Assembly (NCBI GenBank): GCA_011109175.1
Contig: RDEW01000027.1
Span: 135,800 to 199,799, forward strand
DNA from: Dicyema japonicum
Taxonomy: Eukaryota; Animalia; Dicyemida
Length of the DNA: 64,000 nucleotides
Direction: 5' to 3'
Shown here: positions 1 through 13,169 of the stretch, one piece after another
How positions within the stretch are numbered: position 1 is the first letter of the stretch
Layout: the number at the start of each line of letters is the position of its first letter
Program-made: the position numbers and the translations under genes
The notes under the pieces: generated by a model
The model's database searches: none
The model's input: only the letters and a program-made list of their open reading frames with translations
Told to the model about the DNA's origin: nothing

Positions 1-475
1 TAAATTTTAATTAAAACCTCTTCCAGTAAAATATTCCAAAGAATTATTCTGGATTAATTGCAACTTCATAAAATATAGTCTGAAAGAAAAAATCCGCGTG
101 AAAATTTTAGGAGTATATACACATCTGTAATAATCACCATATTTAGTTTTAAGAATCGTTATGTTTTCTGTATGTTTTACCATCTTAAATATGATAAGAA
201 TCTTACAATACACCATTTCGATTATTAAATCAACAGTATAAGATTCAGCTTTAAATTTTGGAAAAAATTTAAAGTTTAAGATCATATTGTTATAAATTCG
301 AAAAATTGATTTCCCATTGTTCGCTTCATTTAGATCCTTATTGAAATAAATCATCTAGAGTAAACAAAATAAATACTCTTTTATAAATGTTGATCTTTGC
401 CTCAAATAATAGCCTCCATTCAGATTTGATTTTGCTTAACAAAAAGCATACGATAAAATTATTAATTAGGTTCAT
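1..475 (-). CDS. LAMP-like glycoprotein family member, copy 1 (5' part; runs off the window edge; possibly frameshifted)
   Basis: ATG at 475 gives a signal-peptide-like MNLINNFIVCFLLSKIKSE, then a 22-nt GT-AG intron and ...KTKYGDYYRC...KLQLIQNNSLEYFTGR, followed by the same gttttaattaaaattta intron start seen in copy 3. Confidence 0.65.
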
Positions 476-674
476 GTAATCTAAATTAAATTAAATTATT
501 TTATTTTATTAATAAAACTATATATTATTTATTTTATTGATTGAAAATTATTTATTATTCAACAAACTTCATAGATTTCCATAATTGTTTGAGAGATTTG
601 TCTATCTCTCAAAGTGTGAGATCACTTGCATTCGACAGAGGAAAATGGAAAAGACTAACTATAAATATTGTTTC

Positions 675-2745
675 TTAGAGTGTTGCACATGCGGGGCTAT
701 AATCATTATGGCTTTCGTGAAAGTGCCTTAATAATAATAATTTGTCTATCGAAAGTAGACTGTCGTATTGTTCGTAGCAGGGTGAACATCGGAGTAGGTA
801 TAAAAGCTTGGGTAGTCCGATGTTGTTTCTCATCAGGAAGAAAGATGTGTGAGAGTCGAGACATGACAATCTTTTCGCGAGGCGTGTTAATTCTTTATTT
901 TTGGAAAGTAGATGGTAGTTGAGTTCTTCTTCGCTGAGTGAGCATCCGAGGAAATATAATTTATCAACTGGCACAGTTGGGATCCCAAGAAGCAGTTCGT
1001 TGAAAGACTCCATGATAGAGAGAAAGTCGGTGTTTGGACATGAGACATTTATTAGCTCTGATTTGTTAACATTCATGTCCAAGCCCAAGTATTTTAAAGC
1101 AGGTAACGCTTTACGTAATGAATTGTACGTTTCCTTGAATGATCCTCCAATTGTGACATCCTCGAGATACCAGAGATTTAGCTGTGCATCAATTGATATC
1201 ACAACATCATAAACCCAAAGGATCTCCTTGCTGGACATCCGTTTCTGATTTAATAATTTCATTTCATTTTTTTCCCCATAAGATAATTTGAAAAAAAGGT
1301 AAAGCTTTGGAGCCCTCTTCTAACTCGTTTCCATGATTTTATCTCTTCTGAGAGAATTAATTGCATTCGTTATATTCAACTTGATTCCAATGCATTTATT
1401 TGAAATATTTCTGTGTGATGAAACGCCTTGCTGCATGAACCGCAGCCTCACATCCGTTCTGGATACTAATACCCATTTGTTTAGGAAAGAACTCCTCACC
1501 AGGATCGATCCTACATTTGCTGAGAGTTATCTAAAATAGTTCCCAACCGCAATGGGGCGGATCTCTCCATTGGGTTCTTTGAAAGCAAGTAGCCTTGCGG
1601 AGAAGAGCAATTCTCTGGCATATTCTGGGATGTCGGCGGTAACCATTTTTCTAATTAGGTCCGTAATTGATTATACAAAACAGTGTCCTGCTTCCGAGGT
1701 GTAAGTAGACGTGAGGTCCATAATATGGCCAGGACGTAACTTTTCCAATCCTCCGCCGCTGCTAGCGGCGAAGGAAGCTATTCCGTGGCGCACTTCGTGT
1801 TCGGTAATGATAATCTCCGGGGTTCCTTCAGGATTCAAAAACTTTTCATAATCAGTCGGTGCATCTGGGTGCTTCAATATTAAGGTATTCAGGACCTCGG
1901 GGGTAGAAGACAATACTATGTCATCGGACATTGAGCCGGGAATTTGATTCTTAATTATTGTTCTCAGATTCCGTTGTAGGTATTCCGAGTGCGACAGGTG
2001 CAAAGCATATAAGTTTTAGCCAGGATTTTCAACTGTCAGAAGATAGTGCGTGATCAATGGCATCTGAAAGACACAATGCTGCGGCAATACGTGCTCCTTT
2101 TGGGATTTTTACTGTGATCTTCCTGGCTTTCCAGAGGTTCGAGATCTTCAAGAAAATGTGGTCAGTATGTGGTGGTGTAAAGTTTGGCTGAGCTATTATT
2201 TCCCGCCTGGGGACCTCGTTTCCAATACAAGAGGGGCACTGCCAGCTTGACAGCGTCTCAGCTCAGGCTTTGCTCATTTTTATGCAGCCCAAATGGACGA
2301 ATGATNTTATGTTTTGTTTCAGTTTCCCGGATCAGTTGAGCCGGGAGTTTGTTTCTTTATTATTGTCCTCAGATTCCGTTGTAGGTATTCCGAGTGCGAC
2401 AGGTGCAAAGCATATAAGTTTTAGCCAGGATTCCCAACTGTCAGAAGATAGTGCTTGATCAATGGCATCTGAAAGACACGTTGCTGCGGCAATTCGTATT
2501 CCTTTAGGGATTTTTACTGTGATCTTCCTGGCTTTCCGGAGGTTCGAGATCTTCAAGAGAGTGTGGTCAGTATGTGGCAGTGTAAAGATTGGCTGAGCTA
2601 TTTTTTTCCCGCCTGGGGATTTCCTTTCCAATACAAGAGGGGCACAGCCAACTCGACAGCGTCTCGGCTCAAGCTTTACTCATTTTTATGCAGCCCAAAT
2701 GGACGAATGATTCACATGGCGTGTAGTTAATTCCAAATTTCCTGA
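675..2745 (-). mobile_element. Decayed CRE-like (RLE-type) non-LTR retrotransposon with PHD-like N-terminus and RT; about 350-bp internal duplication
   Basis: Fragments read FVHLGC..W.CPSC, VKIPKGIRIAAA..W..L..FAP.ALG, GGLEKLRPGH, EPNGEIRPIAVG, WYLEDVTIGG and GLDMNVNKSEL, with stops and frameshifts. Confidence 0.85.
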
Positions 2746-2756
2746 TATTCGATTGT

Positions 2757-2910
2757 CAACGAGCATTTACTCACTACTACATGATAAATCTACGATTATA
2801 AGACAATTTACCCTTCGGTTTGACTCACAAAAGGCTCAGAGTGTACCACGGGAAATTACGTGCTCAATATGTTATGGTAATCGTCTGTAGGATGAGTAAG
2901 TTGGGTTGTA
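2757..2910. repeat. Unclassified dispersed repeat (second copy about 7232-7388)
   Basis: Near-identical sequence cactactacatgataaatct...aatcgtctgtaggatga at both positions. Confidence 0.8.
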
Positions 2911-2919
2911 TGGGTGGAT

Positions 2920-3325
2920 CTTTACCCAGACCTGGAGGAATCGTACAGATGATGAAAGACTTTTGTTTGAATATTTTAGTATTTACAAAATTTCTGGAAT
3001 TTGAAGTTTTTTTGCTTTATTAGAAAAACTGGACATTTGCGAGAACCACATTAGCTATAGCTAAGTTCAGACAAGACAAACACTTTATTTGAGTAAAAAA
3101 CAGTTATGAAGGAGAACCAAGGAATGTTCTCCACTTCTTTTTGTTACGTGTATGTCCTTTATAGACGATCTGGTTTTGCAATTTAATGTTTACTAGTGAC
3201 GGTGTCACCCATCAAGACAAATCATCGTAGATACTTGGAACCTTCAACCGGAAAGTCAGCGAACTGGGGCATCTGGCCTTTTGCCCGTCACTCATTACAC
3301 TGTACGACCACCGGCTCTTATCAAA
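2920..3325. repeat. Unclassified dispersed repeat family (copies about 8605-9012 and, inverted and partial, about 14213-14320)
   Basis: Long shared blocks such as tttgaatattttagtatttacaaaat and gtgtatgtcctttatagacgatctggttttgcaatttaatgtttactagtgacgg. Confidence 0.8.
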
Positions 3326-3744
3326 AGATATTGTCCACTAGTATTATTGTACAAAAATTTCATTTATTTTTTCAGAAGAATTCTGTTATTTCAGATAGTA
3401 ATTGAACTCTGGCGAGAATGACCATATCAACTCACTACAGCAAATTCCCGCGTCTTCTTCCCTCACAAGAAAGAACATCAATTGCTAATCTCCTTTCAGT
3501 GGAGTCGATCAGAAACAATGGCGAGGTTTTGTGCGTGTCTTTAAAGAACCAGTAAACCAATTTAGGGAAGGGTTATATATGCGGAAGAATGAAAAAAGAC
3601 ACTACAACCTAGTATCTCTGCAGAAATCCAAGAAGACAGTTCGGAAGAGGTTGGTCGACGGTACCAGTCGAGAAGAGTTTGGGATTCGGTGAGGGACAAC
3701 TCGCCTACGGGAAAAAATAATGTAAAAAAATCTCATAAATTAAG

Positions 3745-4177
3745 TGCACGTTAGCATTGATTCTTAGATAACAGATGAGCATTTCAGTGAGTATAACTAT
3801 ATGATGACAAGTAAAGATATTGAATATAAATATATATTGAATAGTGATCATACTACTATAACTATTACGGCGTTTAAACAATATGAGAATAAATATCGTA
3901 TTTATGGATTTTCTGTTTGTGTTGGGCATAAAAGAAATAAGTGTGTTTCACTTGAAAATCAGTTTTAAAAAATTAAAATAGGAGGATATTATCAATGTGG
4001 ATTCATCAAACAAAGCTATAAAAATGTGACTATCGAAATTTTATCTCTTAAAATACAATTTTTCCGCAATGATTTGAGTTTTCAATTAATTGGAAAAGGT
4101 TACTGAATTTGGTTGAATTTTAGATGAAGGATGCTTTGAACAACAAATATCGACTGAAATAAAAGCCTTAAAAAAAN
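3745..4177 (+). pseudogene. LAMP-like family member, copy 2 (5'-truncated fragment, disrupted, ends at gap)
   Basis: Shares the 24-nt intron gt..cgttagcattgattcttag and the exon ITDEHFS.Y.Y with copy 3; encodes KIGGYYQC...LKIQFFRND...IGK, then a 25-nt intron and DEGC. Frame disruption near 3965. Confidence 0.6.
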
Positions 4178-4187
4178 NNNNNNNNTT

Positions 4188-5225
4188 GAACTCCGGATCC
4201 GGACGAAATAATTGCACTGCCAAAAACAAGAGGGGATGGATCCGAATACGCGAGATATACAAAGGGATAAATCTGAGGAATCCTCCTCCTACAGGTATCA
4301 AGGACGGTGTCCCTTCTGACTGAATTGAAGGCATTCCGGAGGTCCAATTTGAATAAAACTCTGTCCTCAACATTCAATTCAGCTGATTGTGACACAAATT
4401 CTCTCACTGCGTGGATCCCAGCTTCACAGCCGCCATTGATTCCGACACCAAGCTGCGAAGGACAAAATTCGGCTGAAATTCGGGAGATAACAAAACGACA
4501 AGCCATTTTTGCGGATAAACGTCGAAATACGTTTCCAATTGCAATGGGGCGAATACCACCATCTTTCTTTCCAAGGCCCGTTAGATTCGCCGAAAAGAGG
4601 AGATTCCGACCAAAATCGGAAACGTTTCCGGAAAGCATGCGAGCTACGAGATCTCGGCTTCGCTCCAAGAGTAGCGATCCAGGCCTACCGACAGAATGGG
4701 ACACCAAGTCTGACAGATGGCCAGGTTTGAGACCGTCAACTCCTCCACTGCTACTTCTTCGGAAAGAACAAAGAGCGTTGTAAATGGCTGAAGTGGAAAT
4801 ATCATGCATAGATTGTTCTGGACGAACAGGTTTACAAAAGTCTTCTGGTTCAGGAGGATGTTTCTGTCCCAATATACAGAGTGTCTCCTGAGTGGCTTTC
4901 ACCGGGTCAGAATCCGTACAAACAGTTCGAACTGCAGCAGTAAGATCGCCCTCCATCAATTTCCTCCTGACACGAGAGCGAAGCCTCTCAGGAGCCATAC
5001 TGGATTGTGTGGAATTGGACTTTGGGAAGTAATCAACTGGTGAAACAAATAATTCTTCAGCCAGGGACTCCCATGAATCCATAAAGGCACTCACGCGTTT
5101 CTTCAGGACATGGGATAGAGAGGGTTTCCGAGAAGATGGGGCAGGCTTACGCTCTAACCCCATAGCCAGGACAGGGAAAGAGAAAAGAACCATCCAATCC
5201 TTTTTCGAGCTATTGGACACAGCTT
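4188..5225 (-). mobile_element. CRE-like non-LTR retrotransposon, RT domain fragment (second subfamily)
   Basis: ORF 4168-5220 contains SSGGVDGLKPGHL, KKDGGIRPIAIGNVFRRL, QLGVGINGGCEA, KLDLRNAFNSVRR and SGSGVQ. Confidence 0.9.
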
Positions 5226-5559
5226 TCTCAATGCAAGAAAAATTTAAAAAAAAATTTTAAATTTTAAATTTTAAATAAAGTTACTACAAAGTGGAAATAA
5301 TAAGTATTGATTAAATTCTGAAATCTGCAATTTCTCAAATTAAGACGACTTCCATTTTTTTGAAAGAAGATTTCCTATAAATTAAAACTATCGCAATCCA
5401 CGCAGCAGGCTTCCTCAACTGACATTTGTTTAATTGTATTTATTATTAAAAAAAAAACTATACAATAAATCTTTCAAAATATTGATTTAAAATATTTAAG
5501 GGTTTAGCTCAGAGGTTTTCAGAAAATAATTCTCGCGGCAGAATAATCGTAAAAACAAT

Positions 5560-6540
5560 TAATCAACGGCACACATAAATAAATAAAAAAATTAATTTTT
5601 TTTCGGATACGTAAAAGTGAGAAAAAAATTGGTAAATTAATGGGCAAATTTTTATTAATTTTCCAATAGACAAATTGTATTTATGCCAAAAAATGTGCAA
5701 TTCCTGAAATTTATCGAGTTGTAATGAAAAACAAATTTTCTCAATAGAAAATAAGACATTGTTTTCAATATTCTCCCACGAAGAACAAATTCGACGAGAA
5801 ACAGTGTTATCTAACAAAGGTATCTTCATTATTTATGACCAAACATAGTCCAAGCAATGATACGACAAGCAGGGATTATCAAGTTTTCGCCAATAGTATG
5901 AGGTTTCAGTTCTTTTGTTATCAATTTAGAAAACAGATATGAACATTTCAATGATTCCATTGAGCTCACAAAAATATCACAAACAGTATTTGACTGGATC
6001 TACAATGCATAGTGAAAACTAAATAATTCTTGTTTTTTCAAATGCATATTAATTTATCAATTTAGAAAACAGATATGAACATTTCAATGATTCCATTGAG
6101 CTCACAAAAATATCACAAACAGTATTTGACTGGATCTACAATGCATAGTGAAAACTAAATAATTCTTGTTTTTTCAAATGCATATTAATCGACAGATTTT
6201 TTGGAATAGTCCGGATGCTTTGAAGTAAAATTTCTATTTATTTTTCTAGGAACCATAGTATCATTTGCCAAAACTTCCATGCAAATCAAGCATTGAGGTT
6301 GTTTCTTTTTGTCATCGCATGTAAATCAAAATGATAGATAAGAATCTTTATATGAAAGACTTACTGATTTCTATTTATTTTTCTAGGAACCATAGTATCA
6401 TTTGCCAAAACTTCCATGCAAATCAAGCATTGAGGTTGATTCTTTTTATCATCGCATGTAAATCAAAATGACAGATAAGAATCTTTATATGAATGACTTA
6501 CTGATTTACCAATTTAAAAACAAAAAAATGTAAATAAATT
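5560..6540 (-). mobile_element. hAT (Buster/ZBED5-like) transposase remnant containing two about 136-bp tandem duplications
   Basis: KIPLLDNTVSRRI...FSLQLD matches the Buster-type PLSNNTVSRRI...FALQLDE motif. Confidence 0.7.
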
Positions 6541-9339
6541 TATTCAAATTTGTATTTGACTGGCGGCACACTAGAAATTGTCCCGAAACACCGTTTGACG
6601 ATCTCTGATTTAGTTTAATCTGTTCTAAGTGACCAATATCAAAGATTCGGTTTAACTAATTAATTTTACCACATATAAGTTAAATAAAGGTATTTTTGAT
6701 AAGCCCTCAATTATGTCCTGTCATGCAGACATTGAGCACTCAATGGTAGCTACTATGGTTGTGAGTCAATGTTCTGGAAGTGGGATTGTGTCATTCTAAG
6801 CTCTCCCTTCCGCAGTCTGTAAACCACCTTTTTTCTACTTCCCATCAAAAGGAAGAACAGTCGAGAAGAGGGATAACTAATTTAGTGCATTTCCACATAG
6901 ATCACACTCAATTAGCTAGTTAAGTAACCCCGTCCTCACTAACTTGTAGTAGGCCAGCAGCTATTAGTACAATGATGACATTGGTGATATAAATAAATTG
7001 GGAGAGATTTATAAAATAAATCTAATGTATATGAAGATATTAATGAGGCAGATGATCATAAACATGAGGAATACTCTGAATATAGAAGGGATCTATGAAT
7101 CTAGTGAATCTTAAATAGAGACCATTACCAAACTACTTTTGAACATAATGAAGAAGAATATTTTCATTAGAATCTCTTGACGTAGAGACTATTGACTACT
7201 ATACCAATCTTAATGAATATTCTAATCATTCAACGTGCATTTATTCACTACTACATGATAAATCTACTATTATAAGACAATTTACCCTTCGGTTTGACTC
7301 ACAAAAGGCTCAGAATGCACCACGGGAAATCACGTGCTCAATATGTTATGGTAATCGTCTGTAGGATGACTATCTAAGTTAGGTTGTATGAGTCGAACAG
7401 TGGATAGAGAGTGTAGTAACCCCCCCCCCATTACACCCTAATAAATAGAGTCACCTATTACAAATACCAAGTCTGCAGTTCATACAAATATTTAACTCTA
7501 TCAGTGACTATTTACTATTGGGAGATACTTCGCAAACATATTATTTGTTGAGTTCTATTAACTCACTCGATTTTAGGCAAAAGTTTCCATTCACATGCTG
7601 TATTCAATCAATGTTTCTCGGTCGCTTTCGCCCATGTCAGTGTTGAAAATCTGGTAAAACTTTCATTGGGACCAGAAGGGAAATTGGAGATCAAGAAACT
7701 TCCCAAGGATTACTTGGAAGATGAACCGATCACTCAATATAATAATCACGGCTTTTTTACATGGAGAAGACAATATACAGTATAATTCTTTGAATCTTGG
7801 TGTTAGTTTAAAAGGAATTATACAAATTTTTTAAGAAAAACAATATCCACGTTGCGGATTGACAGAAACAGCATGATTGGATAAAAGAACATCTAAACTC
7901 ATAATGTGTTCGGATTTTCAGCATCCTATACACCAAACAAGCAAAAGCTATTTCAGGATCGTCTACCTATATTCCTGTAGGGGCTCCAGAATCAGAAATT
8001 GTATCAATTACTAATTTTTCTGGAATCCTTAAAAACTTTATTATAAAGAGGTAATTGAATACCCGACATCGTTAATAATGCCTGTATTCATCATTAAAGT
8101 AAAATTTTCATGTTCTATTACCCCTTCTTCGGCATTTCTCAATTCAATTAAGAATTTATCAACACGTGGAAAAACTATGTTTCCAGAGGAGGTTTTGAAA
8201 ATGAGAAAATTAAAAAAAGTTTGTTTTTACACTTAAAATCCAGTGACGCAATCGGTCGGAAAACCGTATAACTTGAAAATGGCGTACCGATAGCTTGATA
8301 GCAGACGAAGGGATTTTTTGAGAAAAAATCCATTTGAGGAAAAAGAGAGGGGTCTTATAGTTGTTAAGAAAATAGAATTTAATTTTCATCATGAGGAGGT
8401 GATCCATATTGACCATATGAGTTAGTTAGCTAAATGAACCCCCGCGTTACACATATACATATTAATACTAAGGATTTGTCTGTACCACATTCTTTACTAT
8501 CAGTTCTACTAGTTTTATATATGCAACGTTCCATCTGCACTTTTCCGTCGTTCATTAAGGTCGTTTGCTATTCTCACTTTTGCGCACCAATTTGGAGATA
8601 ATCTTGACCCAGAGCTGGAAGATTCGTCCAGATGATGGGAGACAATTGTTTGAATATTTTAGTATTTACAAAATTCTTGGAATTTGAAGTTTTTTGCATT
8701 ATCAGAAAATCTGCACTTTTAAAAGAGCCACATTAGCTATAGCTCCATTAAGACAAAACAAACACTTTATTTAATTGAAAAACAGTTATGATGACCAACC
8801 GTAGAGGGAGAACCAAGGAATGATCTTTACTTCTTTTTGAACGTGTATGTCCTTTATAGACGATCTGGTTTTGCAATTTAATGTTTACTAGTGACGGTGC
8901 CACCCATCAAGACAAATCATCGTAGATACGTGGAACCTTCAACCGGAAAGTCATGAACTGGGCCATTTGGTTTTTTGCCCGCCACTCATCACACTGTACG
9001 ACCACCGGCTCTGTACTGCAACTTGAATCATATACATGAGTTCGGGGATTCATCATTTCTAACCTTCGTCAATTCAAGCACAGACGTCAATAGTATTAAA
9101 CTATAGAAAGAGCTTTGTCCGCTAGTGGGAGAAGAATGAGATTTTTCAGTCACATAATAATCACGACTGTTGAAGACGATTTTGAATAGATCTTGCGCGT
9201 CTTACATAACAAGACGGTAATTTAGATTTTAAATCAAGCTTATATGCCAATTTAATAGCATATCTCCTCGATCTATCGAGAAGCTCTACTAGAATTGAAA
9301 AATTGAAAAATTAATTAAACAACAAGTTACGGAATAGGT

Positions 9340-10200
9340 ACTATCAGTCGGCCAGTTGGCCTGGACTGTTCATCCCGGTATCCCCATTCCTTGCTAACCA
9401 TCCATCTGCTGGTCTAGGAAGCTACTTGCTAACCCCATTCATTGCTAACTATCGATCTGCCGGTTTAGGTAGTTACACATCCTGATTTGAATATCTTCCC
9501 TGACTGGCCTGACAACTCTTTTCTTCCTCAGTCAGGCCTTCGTACAATTTCTTCCCCACGGATAGTTTGATCTCCGCTCACCTTGTTTTCTCTAGTCGAG
9601 CGATGATCCTCTCTCGAGGGGCTGTAGAACCATCCCTCGCTTCCGTAAATAATTCCGAAAGACAAAGAGCATTGTATCACCATCCAACTTTAGGCTTCTA
9701 GTGCAGAACAGTGCTTGCACAGCCTTTTTTTGCTTTTCGATGTCTTTCAGGAATGATTTTCTTCCATCTACTAAATCCGCAGGTATTTCAGGGATGAAAC
9801 TCTCAGTATGCAGAGAGTGTAGGACTCTGTGATTCTTACCCAGTCTGCTTATTTGTAAATAACTGGATTTTTCCGTGGAAAATCTCAGGGCTCTCACATC
9901 ACACCAATCCTTTGTCGACAAAAGCTCCTAGTCGCCGCTCTGAGATGTATGCCCTCAAAGACGAATTCAGGATTAAGATATCATCCGCGTATATCATCAG
10001 CTTGGTCCTGACGTCTAGCGGCGACGTAAAATCTTCCATAAATATGCTGAATAACAAGAGGCTTAAAATATATCTCTGCGCCACTTTCCCTTCAAACGAT
10101 GTACTATCAGAATATCTTCCACCGACTACCAATAAGATATCATCCCAGTCAAATAGTCTACTACTTCTCTCATCATTTTCAAAATATCCTTCAAAGCTAT
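9340..10200 (-). mobile_element. Jockey/I-like LINE 3' fragment (RT C-terminus), internally deleted
   Basis: QRYILSLLLFSIFMEDF...KLMIYADDIL; same family as the elements at 18-21 kb and 46-49 kb. Confidence 0.8.
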
Positions 10201-10839
10201 AAATCAAAAATGGTTCTATAAAAGCTGTATAAAAATAGAGAAGTTTCCGGACTCAATTGAAATCGTGGAAGCGATTTCAGCACTGCGGTAGCTTTTTTCC
10301 TTTTTTTCTATATGTAATCGATATATGACAGATCCCCTAAATGTCGCAATGGACAATTTCTTCGCACACACAGGAGTCGGATTCCTCGGAAGGCCAAGTA
10401 CGACATTTCCGACTATCTTGTACGAAGACCATTGATTTCTTCAGTATTAACACAAATTTTTGACTTTTTTAGTTGTTAACAATCCAGGAAACAGTACACT
10501 TTTATGGAGATAAACCTTTATCTCGGCACCAAATTTAATTTTTCCAATATGGTTAGAAACAAGTTTCCATGAGATCGATTTATTTATGCTAAGATCTAAC
10601 AGATATATATGTCATCTGAATAAATTATCATTTTTCTATTTGATTGTTCGACCTTTGGAATGTCAAACATAACACAATTAAATAAGAGGGGTCTTAAGAC
10701 ATACTCACGAGAACCCCTCTTTTTAACAAAATATTTTTTGATATTTGATTTCCGACCCGTATAAATGATAAAGTAATGAAAGAAAAGATAAGACGTCTGA
10801 TAAGTCGGATTTCCTATTTTTTATAATGTTCTTGCTTAG

Positions 10840-11486
10840 TGATTATTATTATTACAGCACTTATCGTTTTGCCATAATAGTTATAGCAAAGCATGTGCAA
10901 TACAAGAAACCATGTTATTAGTTAGCCTCTTCCATCCTCCACGGTTACACGCAGTCGATCTCAGCATGTCCAGATCGTCTCCCGTCTTTAGGCATTTCTT
11001 TATCCTTTGGAGGTCTTTGTGCAGCATGATAGGTAGGGTCATCCTTGGTCTGCCGCGGAAGCATTTTCCCTCGAACATGAAATGGTCCTCCATCGCCACA
11101 TTAGCCGGGGCAGCAAGATCCATGCGTAGTACGTGACCAAACAGTCTCCACCGGGCGTCAGTGATTTCCAGGCTTAGAGGCCTACTCTTGCATTTTTTGT
11201 AAATACCGGTATTCGAGATTCTGGCCGGCCACTGCATGCCAAATAATACTCTAAGCTGTTTGCTGTGGAACCCATCGAGAGCCATTGATTCCGCACCTGT
11301 ACAGGCCCAAGTACCAGCATTGTATGTCAGTATCGGTTTCACAAATGCATTGTACATGCGTATCCGCAGATTGACATCTAGTCCTTTCAGCCATCCCTTT
11401 TTTTGAGTTTTCGCATTGCTACTCCTGCAAGTGTTTTCCTTTTGATGATTTCTTCTGTGTCCCCCAGTAGGGATCCAAGCTTATTA
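10840..11486 (-). mobile_element. RTE-like LINE 3' end, with TAA-type tail; runs into gap
   Basis: YNAFVKPILTY...RWRLFGHVLRM...GRPRMTL...NRGGWKRL; tail reads ataataatcac on the minus strand. Confidence 0.85.
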
Positions 11487-12018
11487 ACATGTCGCCAACG
11501 TTCATTNNNNNNNNNNNNNNNNNNNNNNNNNNNNNNNNNNNNNNNNNNNNNNNNNNNNNNNNNNNNNNNNNNNNNNNNNNNNNNNNNNNNNNNNNNNNNN
11601 NNNNNNNNNNNNNNNNNNNNNNNNNNNNNNNNNNNNNNNNNNNNNNNNNNNNNNNNNNNNNNNNNNNNNNNNNNNNNNNNNNNNNNNNNNNNNNNNNNNN
11701 NNNNNNNNNNNNNNNNNNNNNNNNNNNNNNNNNNNNNNNNNNNNNNNNNNNNNNNNNNNNNNNNNNNNNNNNNNNNNNNNNNNNNNNNNNNNNNNNNNNN
11801 NNNNNNNNNNNNNNNNNNNNNNNNNNNNNNNNNNNNNNNNNNNNNNNNNNNNNNNNNNNNNNNNNNNNNNNNNNNNNNNNNNNNNNNNNNNNNNNNNNNN
11901 NNNNNNNNNNNNNNNNNNNNNNNNNNNNNNNNNNNNNNNNNNNNNNNNNNNNNNNNNNNNNNNNNNNNNNNNNNNNNNNNNNNNNNNNNNNNNNNNNNNN
12001 NNNNNNNNNNNNNNNNNT

Positions 12019-12816
12019 TTATAAATATGATATTTTCCCCCATATTGTTTATACGCCATAATAGAAATTTTAGAATGTTTACTAATCAATATATATTTAT
12101 AGTCACTATTTTTATATTTTAAAATATTATAGTTATAATCACTGAAATGCTCATCTGTTATCTAAGAATCAATGCTAACGTATACAATTTTGTTATTGTC
12201 AATATATGATATTTTGATAATTCCACTTATTACTGTTCTGATTTTCTTTTCGTTATATAAAAACCAAATCGGCGTATTTGGGTCATTATTTGGGTTACAG
12301 TCATTTGCTAAATAAATTTTAATTAAAACCTCTTCCAGTAAAATAATGAAAAAAACCATTATCGTGATATTGCAACTTATTTGAATAAATTGTGATAGAT
12401 AAATTATTCAAAAAACTAATATGAGTATAACCACATCGGTAATAATCCCCATATTTAGTTTTAGGAATCGTTGTGATGTTAGTATAACGCTTACCACCTT
12501 AAGTACAACGAAAAACATACCATAAACAATTTCTGTTATTAAGTCAATAGTATAAAACTCATTGAAAAAGTGTGGAATAAGTTTAAAATTTATATTTTCA
12601 TCAGATGAAATATACTGTCCATGAGTTTTCCAATAATATATATGTTTATCCTTTTTTAACATCGATAAAGGATATTCCTAAAGTTTACGAAATATATACT
12701 TTAGAAGGATTTTTCTGAATTACATATGAGTCAATTAATATATATTTCCTAACACATTTTATTTTAACGATTTTGCTAAACAGAATAAATATGATAAAAT
12801 GAATAGTTTTGTTCAT
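12019..12816 (-). CDS. LAMP-like glycoprotein family member, copy 3 (two tandem domains; 3' end lost in gap)
   Basis: Open frame after removing four GT-AG introns of 22, 23, 22 and 24 nt: MNKTIHFIIFILFS...KTKYGDYYRC...FTGR|ANDC...PIWFLYNEKKIRTVISGIIKISYIDNNKI|ITDEHF... Confidence 0.75.
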
Positions 12817-13169
12817 GTAATCTAAATTTTATTAGGTCAAATTTTATTTTATTTAAATTTTCAACATAATTTTTTTTATTTAATTATTATTATAATAAAT
12901 ATTTTATAACGATTTTGATTGGATAGGAAATTCCCCTCCCCGATCGGATTCCTCTGCAAGACCGAGAGAAGGCTCTTCCGGAAAGTAGTGGGGACAATGT
13001 AAGACAGACGAATGGCACAATTGATTGCGGGACTGGGATCACCTAACTGTTTGACACTTTTGTCTTTCTTTCTCGGTGTTCCCGGAGTTATTAAAATTAA
13101 ATCAAAATTAAATTAAATATCTTTTATTATAGTCTCCCTGACCATACCCTCGGATGAATATTGCATTAT

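Noticed and set aside
2230-2680. A TGA shared by both duplicated CRE 5' segments, flanked by synonymous differences, suggesting UGA recoding
   Set aside because: Both copies also share a downstream frameshift and carry private nonsense or frameshift changes, so they most simply descend from one dead ancestor.
7840-7960. PRCG and WIKEHL strings resembling a matrix metalloproteinase cysteine switch
   Set aside because: They lie in different frames with stops, and no zinc-binding HExxH motif or mini-intron model joins them.
11387-12122. Long ORF-track entries spanning 11.4-12.1 kb and 61.2-62.5 kb
   Set aside because: They are artefacts of translating N gaps.
12160-12165. A TAG conserved in frame in LAMP-like copies 2 and 3 with coding sequence continuing after it, suggesting readthrough or a variant code
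   Set aside because: It is the AG acceptor of a conserved 24-nt intron. Host genes here also end normally in TAA or TGA.
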